A stretch of 64,000 nucleotides of DNA from Nitrospirota bacterium (GTDB taxonomy: Bacteria > Nitrospirota > Nitrospiria > JACQBW01), in contig JACQBW010000003.1 of NCBI GenBank assembly GCA_016194305.1, positions 39,224 through 103,223 on the forward strand, read 5' to 3'. Positions 39,383 through 51,155 of the stretch are shown here, piece by piece. Within the stretch, counting starts at the first letter, position 1; each line of letters opens with the position of its first letter. Below the pieces are notes generated by a model, which was not told where the DNA came from, searched no databases, and was given only the letters and a program-made list of their open reading frames with translations. Both the position numbers and the translations under genes were made by a program.

Positions 39383-40696
39383 TCAGACCGATATTTTTCT
39401 TCCTAACAAGTGGTCATTCTGAATGGCATACGGCACGACATTCACAAAATTGTTTGGCATAATTGACCTCCCATTTTCGATGATAATTTTGAGATAGTTG
39501 TCAGTCAATCCCCGTACGGTTCCTTCCGATTCTGCAAAATGATATCCTTCGACCAGGACATGCAGTACTTTGCCGATAAATTTTAAACGGAATTGGTCCT
39601 CTTTTTGCTTTCCCAAAATTCGCATTTCACGGGCCCTTCTCTTTATTGCCGAGGAAGAAACGTGATCAAAATAGGAAAAAGCATTTGTCCCCTCCCGGGC
39701 TGAATAAGGGAAGACATGGAGATAGGAGAGCGGAAGGTCTGAAATGAGTGCACAGCTATTCCTGAACGCTGCGTCCGTTTCACCGGGAAAACCGACCATC
39801 ACATCAGCTCCGATCGAGGCTTCCGGTATCTGCTGATGGATTCGCTCGATTATTCTCCGATATTCGCTGGGAGTATATTTCCTGTTCATTTTTTTTAAAA
39901 TGTGATCATCCCCGCTCTGGAGCGGTATATGAAAATGCCTGCAAACCCTGGATGAGCTGGTTAGCGTATCAATCAGTGCATCGGACAAGTGCTCGGGTTC
40001 AATGGAACTAAATCGAAAACGAATGGACGTCGTTTCTTTTTCAATCGTCTTGAAAAGTTCTAATAAAGAGGATTTTGGGTAAAAATCAAGGCCGTATGTT
40101 CCCAGGTTTATTCCGGATAGCACGACCTCATGGTACCCTATTGATTCAAAATGGCGAACCTGATTGATTACTTCTTCCAATGAGAAGCTTCTGCTTCTCC
40201 CTCGCGCTTTAGGGATGATGCAGAAAGAACACCAGGAATTGCATCCATCCTGAACTTTTAAAAACGCCCTGGTTTTATCAAAAAAAGTCTCCAAAAGAGG
40301 TTGTTGAAACTGTTTTTCTCTCGAAATTTCACCCACACAAGTGATCGGCTCCGGGTTTGAACTGACGAGGGTGATCAAGTTTGAAAGATTTTGTTTTTCG
40401 CCGTTTCCAAGAACAAGATGTATTCCCGGTATCTTTTTTACTTCAGCCGGGTTGGTCTGTGCATAGCATCCGGTTACGACAATCTTGGCGGAAGGATTCA
40501 ATTCAAGGGCTTTTTTAACCCACTGACGAGATGCCTGATCTGCGTTATCCGTCACAGTACATGTATTGATGACATAAAGATCCGCTCGATCTTCATAGGA
40601 AACGACCTCATGTTCTCCATGAGCAACGGATTCAGACATAATAGCGGTATCAAACTGATTTACCTTGCAACCCAGGGTAGCGAAAGCGATTTTCAA
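39383..40696 (-). CDS. Radical-SAM methylthiotransferase, MtaB-like.
   Basis: The N-terminus 'KIAFATLGCKVNQFDT' is MTTase N-domain. The radical SAM motif is 'CNSWCSFCIIP'. A TRAM-like C-terminus is present. Confidence 0.8.
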   Translation of the reverse strand: MKIAFATLGCKVNQFDTAIMSESVAHGEHEVVSYEDRADLYVINTCTVTDNADQASRQWVKKALELNPSAKIVVTGCYAQTNPAEVKKIPGIHLVLGNGEKQNLSNLITLVSSNPEPITCVGEISREKQFQQPLLETFFDKTRAFLKVQDGCNSWCSFCIIPKARGRSRSFSLEEVINQVRHFESIGYHEVVLSGINLGTYGLDFYPKSSLLELFKTIEKETTSIRFRFSSIEPEHLSDALIDTLTSSSRVCRHFHIPLQSGDDHILKKMNRKYTPSEYRRIIERIHQQIPEASIGADVMVGFPGETDAAFRNSCALISDLPLSYLHVFPYSAREGTNAFSYFDHVSSSAIKRRAREMRILGKQKEDQFRLKFIGKVLHVLVEGYHFAESEGTVRGLTDNYLKIIIENGRSIMPNNFVNVVPYAIQNDHLLGRKISV

Positions 40697-41997
40697 ACCA
40701 ATTCTCCTTCTAAAGAAGAATTTCTCGCTTCGATCATTCTTAATTTGACTAAATTTCCTTTCAAACTTAAGGAGCTGTTAAAATGGACCATTCGATTGCA
40801 ACCGGTTCTTCCTGACCACCGTTCCGGATTGTTTTTGCTTGCTCCTTCAACCAGGACCTCCTGGATCGATCCAAGGAGACGCTGGTTCTTATTAAACGAA
40901 ATTCTCTGTTGAAACGCTAGTATTTCCGCCAGCCTTTCTGATTTGATCTCCTCCGGGACCTGATCCTGAAGCATGGGGGCTGAAGTATTGGGACGGTTCG
41001 AATATTTAAATGCAAAGATGGCATCGAACTCAACCTCTCCTAAGAGCCCTAGCGTTTCTTTAAATTCAAATTCAGATTCACCTGGAAAACCGGTAATAAT
41101 ATCTGAAGTAATACTCAAATCGGGCATTTCGGATCGTAAAGCCTGAACTTTCTGAAGATACCCCTTTGCGCTGTATCCCCGCTTCATTAATGAGAGGATC
41201 TTGTCCGATCCGGATTGTACCGGAAGATGGATATGTTTACACAATTTTGGGTATCGACGAAGGGTTTGAATCAATTTCGGCGTTAAATCGTTGGGATGGG
41301 ATGTCATAAAACGAATTCTTTCAATCCCATCAATACTCTGCAAGATTTTTAAAAGATCTGAGAAGTCGATGATCTCCGGGAGATTTCTTCCATATGAATT
41401 AACCGTCTGACCGAGAAGGGTAATTTCCTTAAATCCTTGCATGGCCAACGCTTCGACTTCATGAAATATCTCACGACTCGGTCGGCTCCGTTCGGAACCT
41501 CTCGTTGTGGGTACAACGCAATAGGTACAGCCATAGTCACACCCTTCCATAATCGTAATCCAGGCCTTAAATTCTTCTTTTCGATGGGAGGGACGGCTTG
41601 GTGCTATCGGGGATTCATCCTGAATTTCAACGACCTTCTTTCGATTATGGACTTGAGTTATAATTTCAGGAAGATGGCTGATATTCCGAGGACCCATGAC
41701 AAAATCGACATTTGATATCCTTTTGAGGATCTTTGCCCCTTCCTGCTGGGCGACGCAGCCGGCAAAGCCAATAATCAGGTCTGGTTTTAATTTCTTGAGG
41801 CTGTCGAGTTTTCCAAATTCGCTGTAGGCTTTTTGTTCCGCTTTATCACGAATGCTGCACGTATTCATAATAATCATATCGGCGTCATCCTGCCGCTCTG
41901 TCAGTAAATAACCTTCCTTTTTAAGGATTCCTACCATCTGTTCGGCGTCATGATCATTCATTTGACAGCCAAATGATTTAATATAAAGTTTTTTCAA
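40693..41997 (-). CDS. miaB: tRNA-i6A37 methylthiotransferase MiaB.
   Basis: 'KLYIKSFGCQMNDHDAE' and the radical SAM motif 'GCDYGCTYCVVP' are present. The TRAM C-terminus has 'GRTGCNRMVHF'. Confidence 0.8.
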   Translation of the reverse strand: MKKLYIKSFGCQMNDHDAEQMVGILKKEGYLLTERQDDADMIIMNTCSIRDKAEQKAYSEFGKLDSLKKLKPDLIIGFAGCVAQQEGAKILKRISNVDFVMGPRNISHLPEIITQVHNRKKVVEIQDESPIAPSRPSHRKEEFKAWITIMEGCDYGCTYCVVPTTRGSERSRPSREIFHEVEALAMQGFKEITLLGQTVNSYGRNLPEIIDFSDLLKILQSIDGIERIRFMTSHPNDLTPKLIQTLRRYPKLCKHIHLPVQSGSDKILSLMKRGYSAKGYLQKVQALRSEMPDLSITSDIITGFPGESEFEFKETLGLLGEVEFDAIFAFKYSNRPNTSAPMLQDQVPEEIKSERLAEILAFQQRISFNKNQRLLGSIQEVLVEGASKNNPERWSGRTGCNRMVHFNSSLSLKGNLVKLRMIEARNSSLEGELV

Positions 41998-42159
41998 AAG
42001 GAGTTCCTTCTTTTCAGGATTCTGAATGCGTATAATCGAGAATTCGTTTGAAATCTTAGCAACTTACCTGATTCCAGTCAAAGTAAATATACGATTGTGG
42101 AGAAGTGATAGATTAAAGATGGTATTGAAAGGAGTGAGAAATATTGCAGCGGATGCTGG

Positions 42160-44112
42160 CTAAAACTCGATGATGATTCCCCCCATGTAAGTCCGGGGAA
42201 CAGCCAGTCCGTCAGCGTATTCGAGATGATCCCCAGTCAGAAGGTTTTGTCCTGCAAGATAGAATTGAGTCCCTTTATATTGTGACGGCCGATAGCTCAG
42301 TTTGGCGTCCAACCGCCAGTAAACGGGAATTGAGAGCGAATCGGCAAAATTTGTGACAAAGTATCCCTCCTTGTAACCCAAATTGAAGCTTCCAGAAAAG
42401 CCTCGATCAAATTCCTTCATTCCACCAAAATTCAGGGTCTGAGGGGGAATATTTTCCGTAATTTCACCCTGGTTACCGCTGGTGTCAACGAGCCGTTCGT
42501 AGGTGTAGTTCAGATAAACAGAATCTTTCGGAGAAACATGATATCTAAATTGTAACTCCACTCCTCTGGCGATGACGCTATTACTATTGAAAAAGCCTAA
42601 TGCTTCAACCGCCGGATTTCGAACCCAGGGACCCAGATCGACATCGTCGTCCATTCCATCTACATTCGTGTAAAAAAGATTAGATTCCGCGTCGAAGTGA
42701 CGATCCAGCCAGCTTGAACGGTAACCGACCTCATAGGAAGTTATTTTAAATGGTTCTAACTGAGGATTTCCGATTCTAGCAACACCTGGGACAAGTTCCG
42801 CCTCGGTGAATCGCTGTCGAAGATTCGGAATGGTATGTGCCACTGAATAGGAGGCTCGAAAAAACTGGTTCTCATACGGGCTCCACAATGAGGTCGCTTG
42901 ATAGTTAAGGTGTGGTTTCCCTGTCGAATAAGATTCCCAGGCCACTGCGCCAACGAGCGTGATACGTTCTTTAAACTGCAGTGTTTGATTAAGAAACCCG
43001 CTCCAGATACTCTCTTCGATCATCGGTTGGTCCATAAATGTGAATTCGGAAGCGACTTGGCTGGTATGATAAGCAAACCCGTAGGCCGAATAATCCCCTG
43101 CTCCCCATTCTATTCGGTGAAGAATTTCTTCGTCATATTGGAAGTACTGGAGTTCGTCAACGGAGCCAGTTAAAGTTGGAGAAATATTGAACCAGTAGTC
43201 GTTTCGCGAACTTAAAATCTCCAAATCTGAACGTTCCGAAGATTTAAGGTGGAATTTGAGCATTTGAAAATTACTTTTAAATTTATCCTGAGCGGTTGGA
43301 TCATTTGAAATTCCGGAATCGCTCATTCCGCCTCCAGCGAAAATTTCCAGGTCTGAATCCTTTGTCGGATTTACGTTCATTCGCAAGTTAAAATTGTGGC
43401 CTCGGAAGAAATCGTTCGCAGTTGTCCCGTCTGCCACGCTATCAAAACCTCCCTGACCCTGAAAGGTGTGACTGACTCGAAAATTAACATTGCGGAAAGC
43501 ACCTTCAACCGATTCGGAAGTCAATACAGTTTCTTGATTTCCTTCGGTCACTTGTAGAGAGCCTGCCGTAGAGCCATCTGGTTTTTTGGTAATGATATTG
43601 ATGACGCCGAGTCCCGCCCCTGTACCATAGAGTGCCGCATTGGGACCGCGAATGATTTCAATCCGTTCAATATCTTGAATGGAGTAGGGAAGTTGGGCCC
43701 AGTAGACCCCTCCCGACTCTGTTGAATAAACTCTTCTTCCGTCGACAAGAATCAAAATATTGCGTGCAAGGGATTCGGCGAATCCCCGTATCGAAACAAT
43801 CGCTCGATTTCCAAGAATGGTCTGGTGGCCATCCTCAACATTCATGCCGGGTCGAAAACGAAATAGGTCCCAAATATTCGTGGCACCAGAGGCCTTGATC
43901 TCTTCCGATGTAATGACTTCAACTGCAATCGGCGCCTCTTGAATCAATTGAGGCCGACGAGACGCGGTGGTGACCTTTGCTTCTTCTTCGTAAAACTGAA
44001 ACGCATCGTCACCGGACGCCCAAGCATCGAAGACATTCACGAAAGAGAACAGCATTCCGACTGAGAAGAGTGAAAAACAATACGGTTTCACGCTTTCAAG
44101 TATATCAAGCAA
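42160..44112 (-). CDS. TonB-dependent outer-membrane receptor.
   Basis: There is a signal peptide and a plug domain with 'IIRGPNAALYGTGAGLGVINII'. The long beta-barrel ends with Phe. Confidence 0.8.
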   Translation of the reverse strand: MLDILESVKPYCFSLFSVGMLFSFVNVFDAWASGDDAFQFYEEEAKVTTASRRPQLIQEAPIAVEVITSEEIKASGATNIWDLFRFRPGMNVEDGHQTILGNRAIVSIRGFAESLARNILILVDGRRVYSTESGGVYWAQLPYSIQDIERIEIIRGPNAALYGTGAGLGVINIITKKPDGSTAGSLQVTEGNQETVLTSESVEGAFRNVNFRVSHTFQGQGGFDSVADGTTANDFFRGHNFNLRMNVNPTKDSDLEIFAGGGMSDSGISNDPTAQDKFKSNFQMLKFHLKSSERSDLEILSSRNDYWFNISPTLTGSVDELQYFQYDEEILHRIEWGAGDYSAYGFAYHTSQVASEFTFMDQPMIEESIWSGFLNQTLQFKERITLVGAVAWESYSTGKPHLNYQATSLWSPYENQFFRASYSVAHTIPNLRQRFTEAELVPGVARIGNPQLEPFKITSYEVGYRSSWLDRHFDAESNLFYTNVDGMDDDVDLGPWVRNPAVEALGFFNSNSVIARGVELQFRYHVSPKDSVYLNYTYERLVDTSGNQGEITENIPPQTLNFGGMKEFDRGFSGSFNLGYKEGYFVTNFADSLSIPVYWRLDAKLSYRPSQYKGTQFYLAGQNLLTGDHLEYADGLAVPRTYMGGIIIEF

Positions 44113-44169
44113 AATCAGACTGTCAATGAAGTGCGAAATACAGGAAAGTTACTGGAGTTGAACGCAATG

Positions 44170-44958
44170 TTATCGGTTCGAATTGATTTTGACGATATCC
44201 AGAAGGGAACTTCTTAAAGTTAAAGCGGCGTTTCCTTTATTTTGGAAAATCTCGAGATACCCTGAACTATTGATCACGAACGATGATTCTCCTTCAGCCG
44301 CCTCTCCATAATAAGTCTTACCAGAAGTCAGGGTGGTGGAACCCAGCATGAGTTGAGAGGAATTGAGCTGAATTCCCGATAGATCAGCAGATTTTATATT
44401 GGTAACCAGATTTCCATAATGGTCGATATAAACGATTTGTCCGGTGACCTGGTTCTTTTCAATCATGGGTTTTTGAATGGGAAGTTTAACCGGATTTTCA
44501 ATGAGTTTACCAAAAGACCCGCTCTCCATTTCAGTCGAGAGCCAGGCAGCTACGGGAGCAAAAATATCTCTCCCATGAAACGTTTGTCCTACGGAGGGCA
44601 AGAAAAATTTCTTTTCAGTGATTTCATAAATCTGGCAGGGCCCATCTTCCTCAAAAATATAGCTCAGGATTCCATTGTCCGGTGCCAGGAAAAAGCCTGA
44701 TCGGCTGACCACCAGTAGCGGTTTTCGACTGCTCCCAACTCCAGGGTCAACGACCACGACGTGAATACTTCCTTTTGGAAAATAACGGAAGGCTGAAGCA
44801 ATGATAAAAGCTCCTTTGATAATTGAAAAGGGGGGAACATCATGGGAAATGTCCACAATCTTGATTTCCGGATTGATCTGTAATATCACTCCTTTAACGC
44901 TACCGACAAAGTGATCTTGATGCCCGAAATCGGTTGTCAGGGTGATAACCGGTTTCAT
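44170..44958 (-). CDS. SAM hydroxide adenosyltransferase (DUF62; fluorinase/chlorinase-like fold).
   Basis: 'ITLTTDFGHQDHFVGSVKGVI' and 'VVVDPGVGSSRKPL' are present. Confidence 0.75.
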   Translation of the reverse strand: MKPVITLTTDFGHQDHFVGSVKGVILQINPEIKIVDISHDVPPFSIIKGAFIIASAFRYFPKGSIHVVVVDPGVGSSRKPLLVVSRSGFFLAPDNGILSYIFEEDGPCQIYEITEKKFFLPSVGQTFHGRDIFAPVAAWLSTEMESGSFGKLIENPVKLPIQKPMIEKNQVTGQIVYIDHYGNLVTNIKSADLSGIQLNSSQLMLGSTTLTSGKTYYGEAAEGESSFVINSSGYLEIFQNKGNAALTLRSSLLDIVKINSNR

Positions 44959-45434
44959 ACAGCCCCGTTAAAATAGATTTTTACGATTTCATATTCCACC
45001 GTTTTACCAGGGGCATTTATTTTTACGGAAGCTCCGACTTTATGCCCAATCAGGGCTTTAGCGACCGGTGAATGAATGGAGATCGTGTTGTTCTTGAGGC
45101 TCGCTTCATCGACTCCGACAAGCGTGAAGGTTCTTTCTTCCTCCGTTTCGATGTCGATCAGGACAACGGTTGCGCCAAAAACTACTTTATCGGATGAAAG
45201 TTTTGAAATATCAATGACCTGGGAATCGGCTAACTTGCTCTCCAGCTCGCGTATTCTTCCTTCAATAAAGGATTGCCTCTCTTTGGCGGCAGAATACTCG
45301 GCATTTTCGGAGAGGTCCCCATGTGCGCGGGCTTCAGCAATATCTGCAATGTTTTTCGGTCTTTCGACCCTTTTTAGGGTTTCGAGTTCCTTTTGAAGTT
45401 TTTCATACCCTTTTTGAGTCATTGGTTCTTTCAC
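44955..45434 (-). CDS. greA: Transcription elongation factor GreA.
   Basis: 'MTQKGYEKLQKELETLKRVERPKNIADIAEARAHGDLSENAEY' is present. Confidence 0.9.
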   Translation of the reverse strand: MKEPMTQKGYEKLQKELETLKRVERPKNIADIAEARAHGDLSENAEYSAAKERQSFIEGRIRELESKLADSQVIDISKLSSDKVVFGATVVLIDIETEEERTFTLVGVDEASLKNNTISIHSPVAKALIGHKVGASVKINAPGKTVEYEIVKIYFNGAV

Positions 45435-45528
45435 TACGATCTCTCCCTATCCTGATCTGTTGTCAAAATGATCAGTCTTTATCTTATCGCAATTATATCT
45501 CTAGATTTGTCTTTTAAAAACTAAAAAG

Positions 45529-48500
45529 TTAAAGTTTTTTATGGAACCGTTGAAGAGATTGAACCTGGACTCGATTATTGATCATCGAACTGATGGCTCT
45601 GACGGCCGCTCTTGCACCGGCGATTGTGGTGAAATAGGGAATCTTTTGCTGAAGGGTTGTTTGACGAATGGGATAGGAGTCTGTCTGAGAGATCTTGTCC
45701 CCGACGGTATTGATTGAGAATTGAATTTCCATATTTTTCATGTGATCGACAATATGGGGGCGGCCCTCCACTATTTTATTGACCTTTTTGATTTTAATCT
45801 GATGGCGGGTCAAAAATTCAACCGTACCTCCCGTTCCAACCAGACTGAATCCCAATTTGGAGAGATCCTGCGCGATGGGGAGCAACGATGGCTTGTCTTT
45901 ATCCTTAACGGATAAGAAAACAGTGCCGCTCATAGGCAAGGGACTACCTGCAGCAGCCTGGGATTTTGCAAATGCCTTTCCAAAATCCGAATCGATCCCC
46001 ATGACTTCACCCGTGGATTTCATTTCCGGACCGAGAATAGGATCGACTCCCGGAAACTTATTAAAAGGAAATACGGCCTCCTTGACTGCGATATGAGAAT
46101 AGGCCGGAGATTCCTTAATTCCTAATTGATTCAGTGAATGCCCCATCATGAGTTTAATCGCAATTTTGGCCAGGGGAAGTCCGGTCGTTTTGCTGACAAA
46201 GGGGACTGTACGGGAAGCTCTCGGGTTGACTTCGAGGATATAGACCCGGTTCATTTTCACCGCAAATTGTATATTGATCAATCCGATGACCTGGAGTTCC
46301 TTCGCCAGAAGAATAGTCTGTCGTTTCACTTCATTGACCAAAGTCTCTTCAAGGGAAAATGGAGGAAGAGAGCAGGCACTGTCTCCTGAATGGATTCCCG
46401 CCTCTTCAATGTGCTCCATGATTCCCCCAACGATAACAGTCTCTCCGTCCGAAAGGGCGTCGACGTCTATTTCAATCGCATCTTCAAGATATTTATCGAT
46501 GAGTACCGGATGAGATTTTGAAGTCATCCCCGCGTTATTCATGTAATGTTCCAGACTCCCGTCATCATAAACAATCATCATTGATTTTCCGCCAAGGACA
46601 TAGGACGGACGAACCATGACCGGGAAACCGATTTTTCGGGCAATGGATTTTGCTTCTCCCACTGAGCGCGCCGTTCCGCTTTCAGGTTGAAATAAATTCA
46701 GTTTTTCAACCAGAGCCTTAAACCGTTCCCGGTCTTCAGCAAGATCTATCGAATCAGGAGAAGTTCCTAATATTTTTATCCCGTATTTCTCCAGCGGCAG
46801 AGCCAGTTTCAAGGGTGTTTGACCTCCAAACTGAACCACTACGCCTTCCGGTTTTTCCAGATCCACTATTCTTAATACACTCTCAATCGTCAGCGGTTCG
46901 AAATAAAGGCGGTCCGCTGTATCATAATCCGTACTAACGGTTTCCGGATTGCAGTTGACCATGATGGTTTCATAACCGAGTTCTTTGAGGCCCATGACGC
47001 CGTGAACGCAGCAGTAATCAAATTCGATACCCTGCCCGATCCGGTTTGGGCCGCCTCCCAAAATAATCACTTTCTTCCTGGAGGTCGGTTCTGCTTCACA
47101 TCCTTTTTCATAGGTTGAATAGAGATAAGGAGTTTTGGCCTCGAATTCGGCTGCACAGGTATCAACCCGTTTAAAAACAGGGTAAATAGCATTTTGTTTT
47201 CGGATCTGAAAGACGTGTTCTTCGGATTGACCGATCAGTTCTCCAATTTTTTGATCCGTAAATCCGGCTTTCTTTGATGCGAGCATGAGTTCCGTTGTGA
47301 TGGATTCCGTCGATGCATCCACGAGTTCGTTTTCGAGAAGGACAATCTCTTCTATCTGGCGAAGAAACCAGGGATCAATTTGCGAATCGTGTGCAATTTC
47401 CGCCAGGGTTAAACCGCGGCGGAATGCTTCTGCGATATAGAAGATCCTCTCTGGATTCGGGGTCAGAAGATTTCGTTTAATCTCATCTCTCTCCTGTCCG
47501 GGAATAAAGGAACCCCCCTTTTTCAAATCGAGGCCGTATCGATCAATTTCAAGCGAGGCAATCGCCTTCTGCAGACTTTCCTGGAAATTCCTTCCAATGG
47601 CCATGACTTCACCCACCGATTTCATTTGAGGAGTTAGTGTTTTTTCAGCTTGTGGAAATTTCTCAAAATCAAATCGGGGAATTTTGACAACAACATAGTC
47701 CAGGACAGGTTCAAATGATGCCGGAGTCGTACGGGTAATATCGTTTGGAATTTCATCGAGGGTGTACCCTACGGCAAGCTTGGCCGCAACTTTGGCGATT
47801 GGATACCCCGTCGCTTTGGACGAAAGAGCCGAACTTCTGGAAACCCGGGGGTTCATTTCAATGACAAACATCTCTCCGTTTGCGGGATTTACAGCAAATT
47901 GAATATTGGAACCTCCCGATTCAACGCCTATTTCCCGAATGACCCGAATGGCGGTGTCTCTCATGAATTGGTACTGCTTGTCACTCAATGTCTGAATAGG
48001 AGCAACGGTAATGCTGTCTCCCGTATGGACTCCCATCGGATCAATATTTTCAATGGAACAAATGATCGAAACATTGTCAGATTTGTCTCTCATCAGTTCG
48101 AGCTCGAACTCCTTCCATCCAATAAGAGACTGTTCAATTAAGATTTCATGCGTTGGGCTGGCCGCCAATCCATGTTCAATCAGTTTTTCAAATTCTTCAC
48201 GGTTATAGGCGATGCTCCCGCCGGCTCCTCCCAGAGTATAGGAAGCCCGGATGATTGCGGGAAATCCGACCTCTTCAATAATGCCTAAGGCCTCTTCCTT
48301 GCTCTGTGCATAACCGCTTTTTGGAACGGCCACACCCGCTTTCTCCATCGCCTTCTTAAAGAGCTGGCGGTTTTCTGCCTTTTCTATCGATTCGTAGCTG
48401 GCTCCGATCAGCTTAACCTGATATTTTTCAAGAATGCCACTTTCGACAAGACGGACCGCCGTATTCAGGGCGGTCTGGCCTCCCATGGTCGGCAACAGGG

Positions 48501-48753
48501 CATCCGGTCGTTCGATCTCTATAATCTTTTCAACATATTCCGGCAAGATGGGTTCAATGTAAGTGGAGTCGGCCAATTCAGGATCTGTCATGATCGTAGC
48601 CGGATTACTATTAATTAAGATGACCTGAAAGCCCTCTTCTTTGAGTACTTTGCAGGCTTGGGTGCCGGAATAATCAAATTCACATCCCTGGCCGATGGTG
48701 ATCGGCCCAGAACCAATGATGAGGATTTTTCGGATATCGTTTCTTTTTGGCAT
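45529..48753 (-). CDS. carB: Carbamoyl-phosphate synthase large subunit.
   Basis: At 1074 aa it has duplicated ATP-grasp halves: '[25 protein letters not shown]' and '[24 protein letters not shown]'. The MGS-like C-terminus is present. Confidence 0.95.
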   Translation of the reverse strand: MPKRNDIRKILIIGSGPITIGQGCEFDYSGTQACKVLKEEGFQVILINSNPATIMTDPELADSTYIEPILPEYVEKIIEIERPDALLPTMGGQTALNTAVRLVESGILEKYQVKLIGASYESIEKAENRQLFKKAMEKAGVAVPKSGYAQSKEEALGIIEEVGFPAIIRASYTLGGAGGSIAYNREEFEKLIEHGLAASPTHEILIEQSLIGWKEFELELMRDKSDNVSIICSIENIDPMGVHTGDSITVAPIQTLSDKQYQFMRDTAIRVIREIGVESGGSNIQFAVNPANGEMFVIEMNPRVSRSSALSSKATGYPIAKVAAKLAVGYTLDEIPNDITRTTPASFEPVLDYVVVKIPRFDFEKFPQAEKTLTPQMKSVGEVMAIGRNFQESLQKAIASLEIDRYGLDLKKGGSFIPGQERDEIKRNLLTPNPERIFYIAEAFRRGLTLAEIAHDSQIDPWFLRQIEEIVLLENELVDASTESITTELMLASKKAGFTDQKIGELIGQSEEHVFQIRKQNAIYPVFKRVDTCAAEFEAKTPYLYSTYEKGCEAEPTSRKKVIILGGGPNRIGQGIEFDYCCVHGVMGLKELGYETIMVNCNPETVSTDYDTADRLYFEPLTIESVLRIVDLEKPEGVVVQFGGQTPLKLALPLEKYGIKILGTSPDSIDLAEDRERFKALVEKLNLFQPESGTARSVGEAKSIARKIGFPVMVRPSYVLGGKSMMIVYDDGSLEHYMNNAGMTSKSHPVLIDKYLEDAIEIDVDALSDGETVIVGGIMEHIEEAGIHSGDSACSLPPFSLEETLVNEVKRQTILLAKELQVIGLINIQFAVKMNRVYILEVNPRASRTVPFVSKTTGLPLAKIAIKLMMGHSLNQLGIKESPAYSHIAVKEAVFPFNKFPGVDPILGPEMKSTGEVMGIDSDFGKAFAKSQAAAGSPLPMSGTVFLSVKDKDKPSLLPIAQDLSKLGFSLVGTGGTVEFLTRHQIKIKKVNKIVEGRPHIVDHMKNMEIQFSINTVGDKISQTDSYPIRQTTLQQKIPYFTTIAGARAAVRAISSMINNRVQVQSLQRFHKKL

Positions 48754-48756
48754 GGT

Positions 48757-49854
48757 TTAGACTTTATTTACCATATACTCGGCAAATTGATCGAATAGGT
48801 AGCTGGAATCATGCGGACCGGGAGAAGCTTCCGGATGATATTGAACGGAAAAAATCGGCAATGTTTTGTGACGCATCCCTTCGACAGTCTGATCGTTCAA
48901 ATTAATATGGGTCAATACCATCTCTTTTGAAATCGAGGCGACGTCAACGGCATATCCATGATTTTGGGCGGTAATTTCAACTTTTCGCGTTCTTAAATCC
49001 ATCACGGGCTGGTTTCCGCCGTGGTGACCGAATTTGAGTTTGTAAGTTTTGCCTCCCATCGCCAAACCAAGGATCTGGTGCCCGAGACAGATTCCAAAAA
49101 TGGGTCGTTTGCAGATCAATTTTTCAACATTCCTGATGGCATAGGATACCGCCTCGGGGTCGCCGGGACCATTTGAAAGGAGAATACCGTCGGGAGCAAA
49201 CGAGAGGGCTTTCTCCGCCGTTGTATCAGCGGGCACGACGATTGATTCGCATCCTCGGACCGACAACATCTTCAGGATATTGGATTTCACACCAAAATCA
49301 TAGACGACGACCGTAAATCTTTTCCGGCCTTCAGGACTCTGGTTTCTTATCTGATCCGTGGTGACTTTCTTCGCAAGATCCTGTCCTGCAATACCTTGAA
49401 TTTTACATAGTTTGGAATAGAGCACATTTCGATTGAACTCGACGGTTGAAATAAAACCCATTCGGGACCCATGATCCCGCAGGTGACGCGTCAGCATTCT
49501 TGTTTCAATTCCAAAAATACCAATAATATTATTATCTTTTAGATAGCGATCTAAAGTTTTACTTAAATAATAGTTCTGGGGTGTAAAACAGACCTCTTTA
49601 ACAATGAGCCCTCCGAGAAACGGTTTCCTCGATTCATGGTCTGAATCGTTAATTCCGTAATTCCCGATATGGGGATAGGTCATCGTGACCAGCTGACTCT
49701 GGTAGGAGGGATCGGTAATGATCTCCTGATAACCGGTCATACTGGTATTAAAGACCACTTCTCCCGAAGTTTCTCCTTCTGCACCAAAAGAGTACCCTTC
49801 GAAAGTATTTCCGTCGTCTAGGATTAAAAGCGCCTTTTTATGATTTATTCTCAC
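48757..49854 (-). CDS. carA: Carbamoyl-phosphate synthase small subunit.
   Basis: The GATase domain has '[12 protein letters not shown]' and 'HGGNQPV'. Confidence 0.9.
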   Translation of the reverse strand: MRINHKKALLILDDGNTFEGYSFGAEGETSGEVVFNTSMTGYQEIITDPSYQSQLVTMTYPHIGNYGINDSDHESRKPFLGGLIVKEVCFTPQNYYLSKTLDRYLKDNNIIGIFGIETRMLTRHLRDHGSRMGFISTVEFNRNVLYSKLCKIQGIAGQDLAKKVTTDQIRNQSPEGRKRFTVVVYDFGVKSNILKMLSVRGCESIVVPADTTAEKALSFAPDGILLSNGPGDPEAVSYAIRNVEKLICKRPIFGICLGHQILGLAMGGKTYKLKFGHHGGNQPVMDLRTRKVEITAQNHGYAVDVASISKEMVLTHINLNDQTVEGMRHKTLPIFSVQYHPEASPGPHDSSYLFDQFAEYMVNKV

Positions 49855-49863
49855 TGTTTTACA

Positions 49864-51138
49864 CTATCCCCTGTAAACGACTTTTCCTGAAACGATCGTA
49901 AATTTAACTCTTCCCTTCATCTTCCACCCGTTAAATGGCGAATTTCTGCTTTTTGATTTGAATCGAGTGGCATCAACCACCCATTCCTCGTTGGGATCAA
50001 AAATCGTGAGATCCGCAATCGACCCTGCTTCCAATGAGCCCTTTTTTATTTTGAGAATTTTTGCAGGGTTCACCGTCAAAAGCGTTATCATTTGAGAGAG
50101 GGTTATCATTCCTTCCTGGACCAAAGCCAATGCAAGGGGTAAAACGGTCTCCAGACCAATAATTCCAAAAGGAGCCTTATCAAATTCCTGTTCCTTTTCA
50201 TCGGGACTATGCGGAGCATGATCCGTTGAAATGGCGTCGAGAGTTCCGTCTTTTAACCCTTGTTTGACCGCCTCACGATCTTTAATCGAACGGAGCGGAG
50301 GATTCATCTTGGCATTCGTGTTATATCCAAGGGTTGCTTCGTCGGTCAGTGTAAAATAGTGTGGACAGGTTTCGGCTGTAACTGAAATACCTCTCTTTTT
50401 GGCGTCGCGGATGAGCCGGACTCCTCCTTCACTGCTGATATGAGCAAAATGGATTCGACTTTCCGTTAGCTGGGCAAGCAGAATGTCTCTTGAAATCATC
50501 ACTTCTTCCGCCTGGCAGGGAATTCCCCGAAGCCCCATTTCAGTGGAGGTTCGGCCTTCATTCATCACCCCTCCCTCTGAAAGATGTCTGTCTTCGCAAT
50601 GCGGCATCACCACGAGGTCAAAAGTTTTGGCATATTCAAGCGACCTGCGCATCATTTCACTATTCATGACAGGCCAGCCGTCATCGGTTAAAGCAACGCA
50701 ACCCGCTTCTTTCAGTTTGCCAATCTCGGCCAGTTCTTCCCCCCTGGAACCTTTCGTAATCGCTCCGGCGGGCAAAACATTTACCAAACCTTCTTTTCGT
50801 GCTTTTTCAAGTATGTAATGTGTTACGGCTTCATTGTCATTGACCGGTTTCGTATTCGGCATACAACAGACCGATGTAAAGCCACCGGCAGCGGCAGCTT
50901 CAGTTCCTGACCGGATATCTTCTTTATATTCCTGTCCGGGATCTCTCAGGTGAACATGAAGATCAATAAATCCGGGAGAAATGATCATTCCCGATACATC
51001 AAGGACTTCGATCCCGTTTGAAGAAATAGACTCCGTTGAAATTTTGGTGATCTTGTCCGATTCGATGACGAGCTGTGCAATCTGATCGATATTGTTTTTG
51101 GGATCGATCAGCCGTCCCCCTTTTAGGATCATCTTCAT
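49864..51138 (-). CDS. pyrC: Dihydroorotase (amidohydrolase fold).
   Basis: 'PGFIDLHVHLRDPG' carries the HxH metal-binding motif. Its position in the pyr operon fits. Confidence 0.85.
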   Translation of the reverse strand: MKMILKGGRLIDPKNNIDQIAQLVIESDKITKISTESISSNGIEVLDVSGMIISPGFIDLHVHLRDPGQEYKEDIRSGTEAAAAGGFTSVCCMPNTKPVNDNEAVTHYILEKARKEGLVNVLPAGAITKGSRGEELAEIGKLKEAGCVALTDDGWPVMNSEMMRRSLEYAKTFDLVVMPHCEDRHLSEGGVMNEGRTSTEMGLRGIPCQAEEVMISRDILLAQLTESRIHFAHISSEGGVRLIRDAKKRGISVTAETCPHYFTLTDEATLGYNTNAKMNPPLRSIKDREAVKQGLKDGTLDAISTDHAPHSPDEKEQEFDKAPFGIIGLETVLPLALALVQEGMITLSQMITLLTVNPAKILKIKKGSLEAGSIADLTIFDPNEEWVVDATRFKSKSRNSPFNGWKMKGRVKFTIVSGKVVYRG

Positions 51139-51155
51139 TGGTCGTTTAACTCCAT

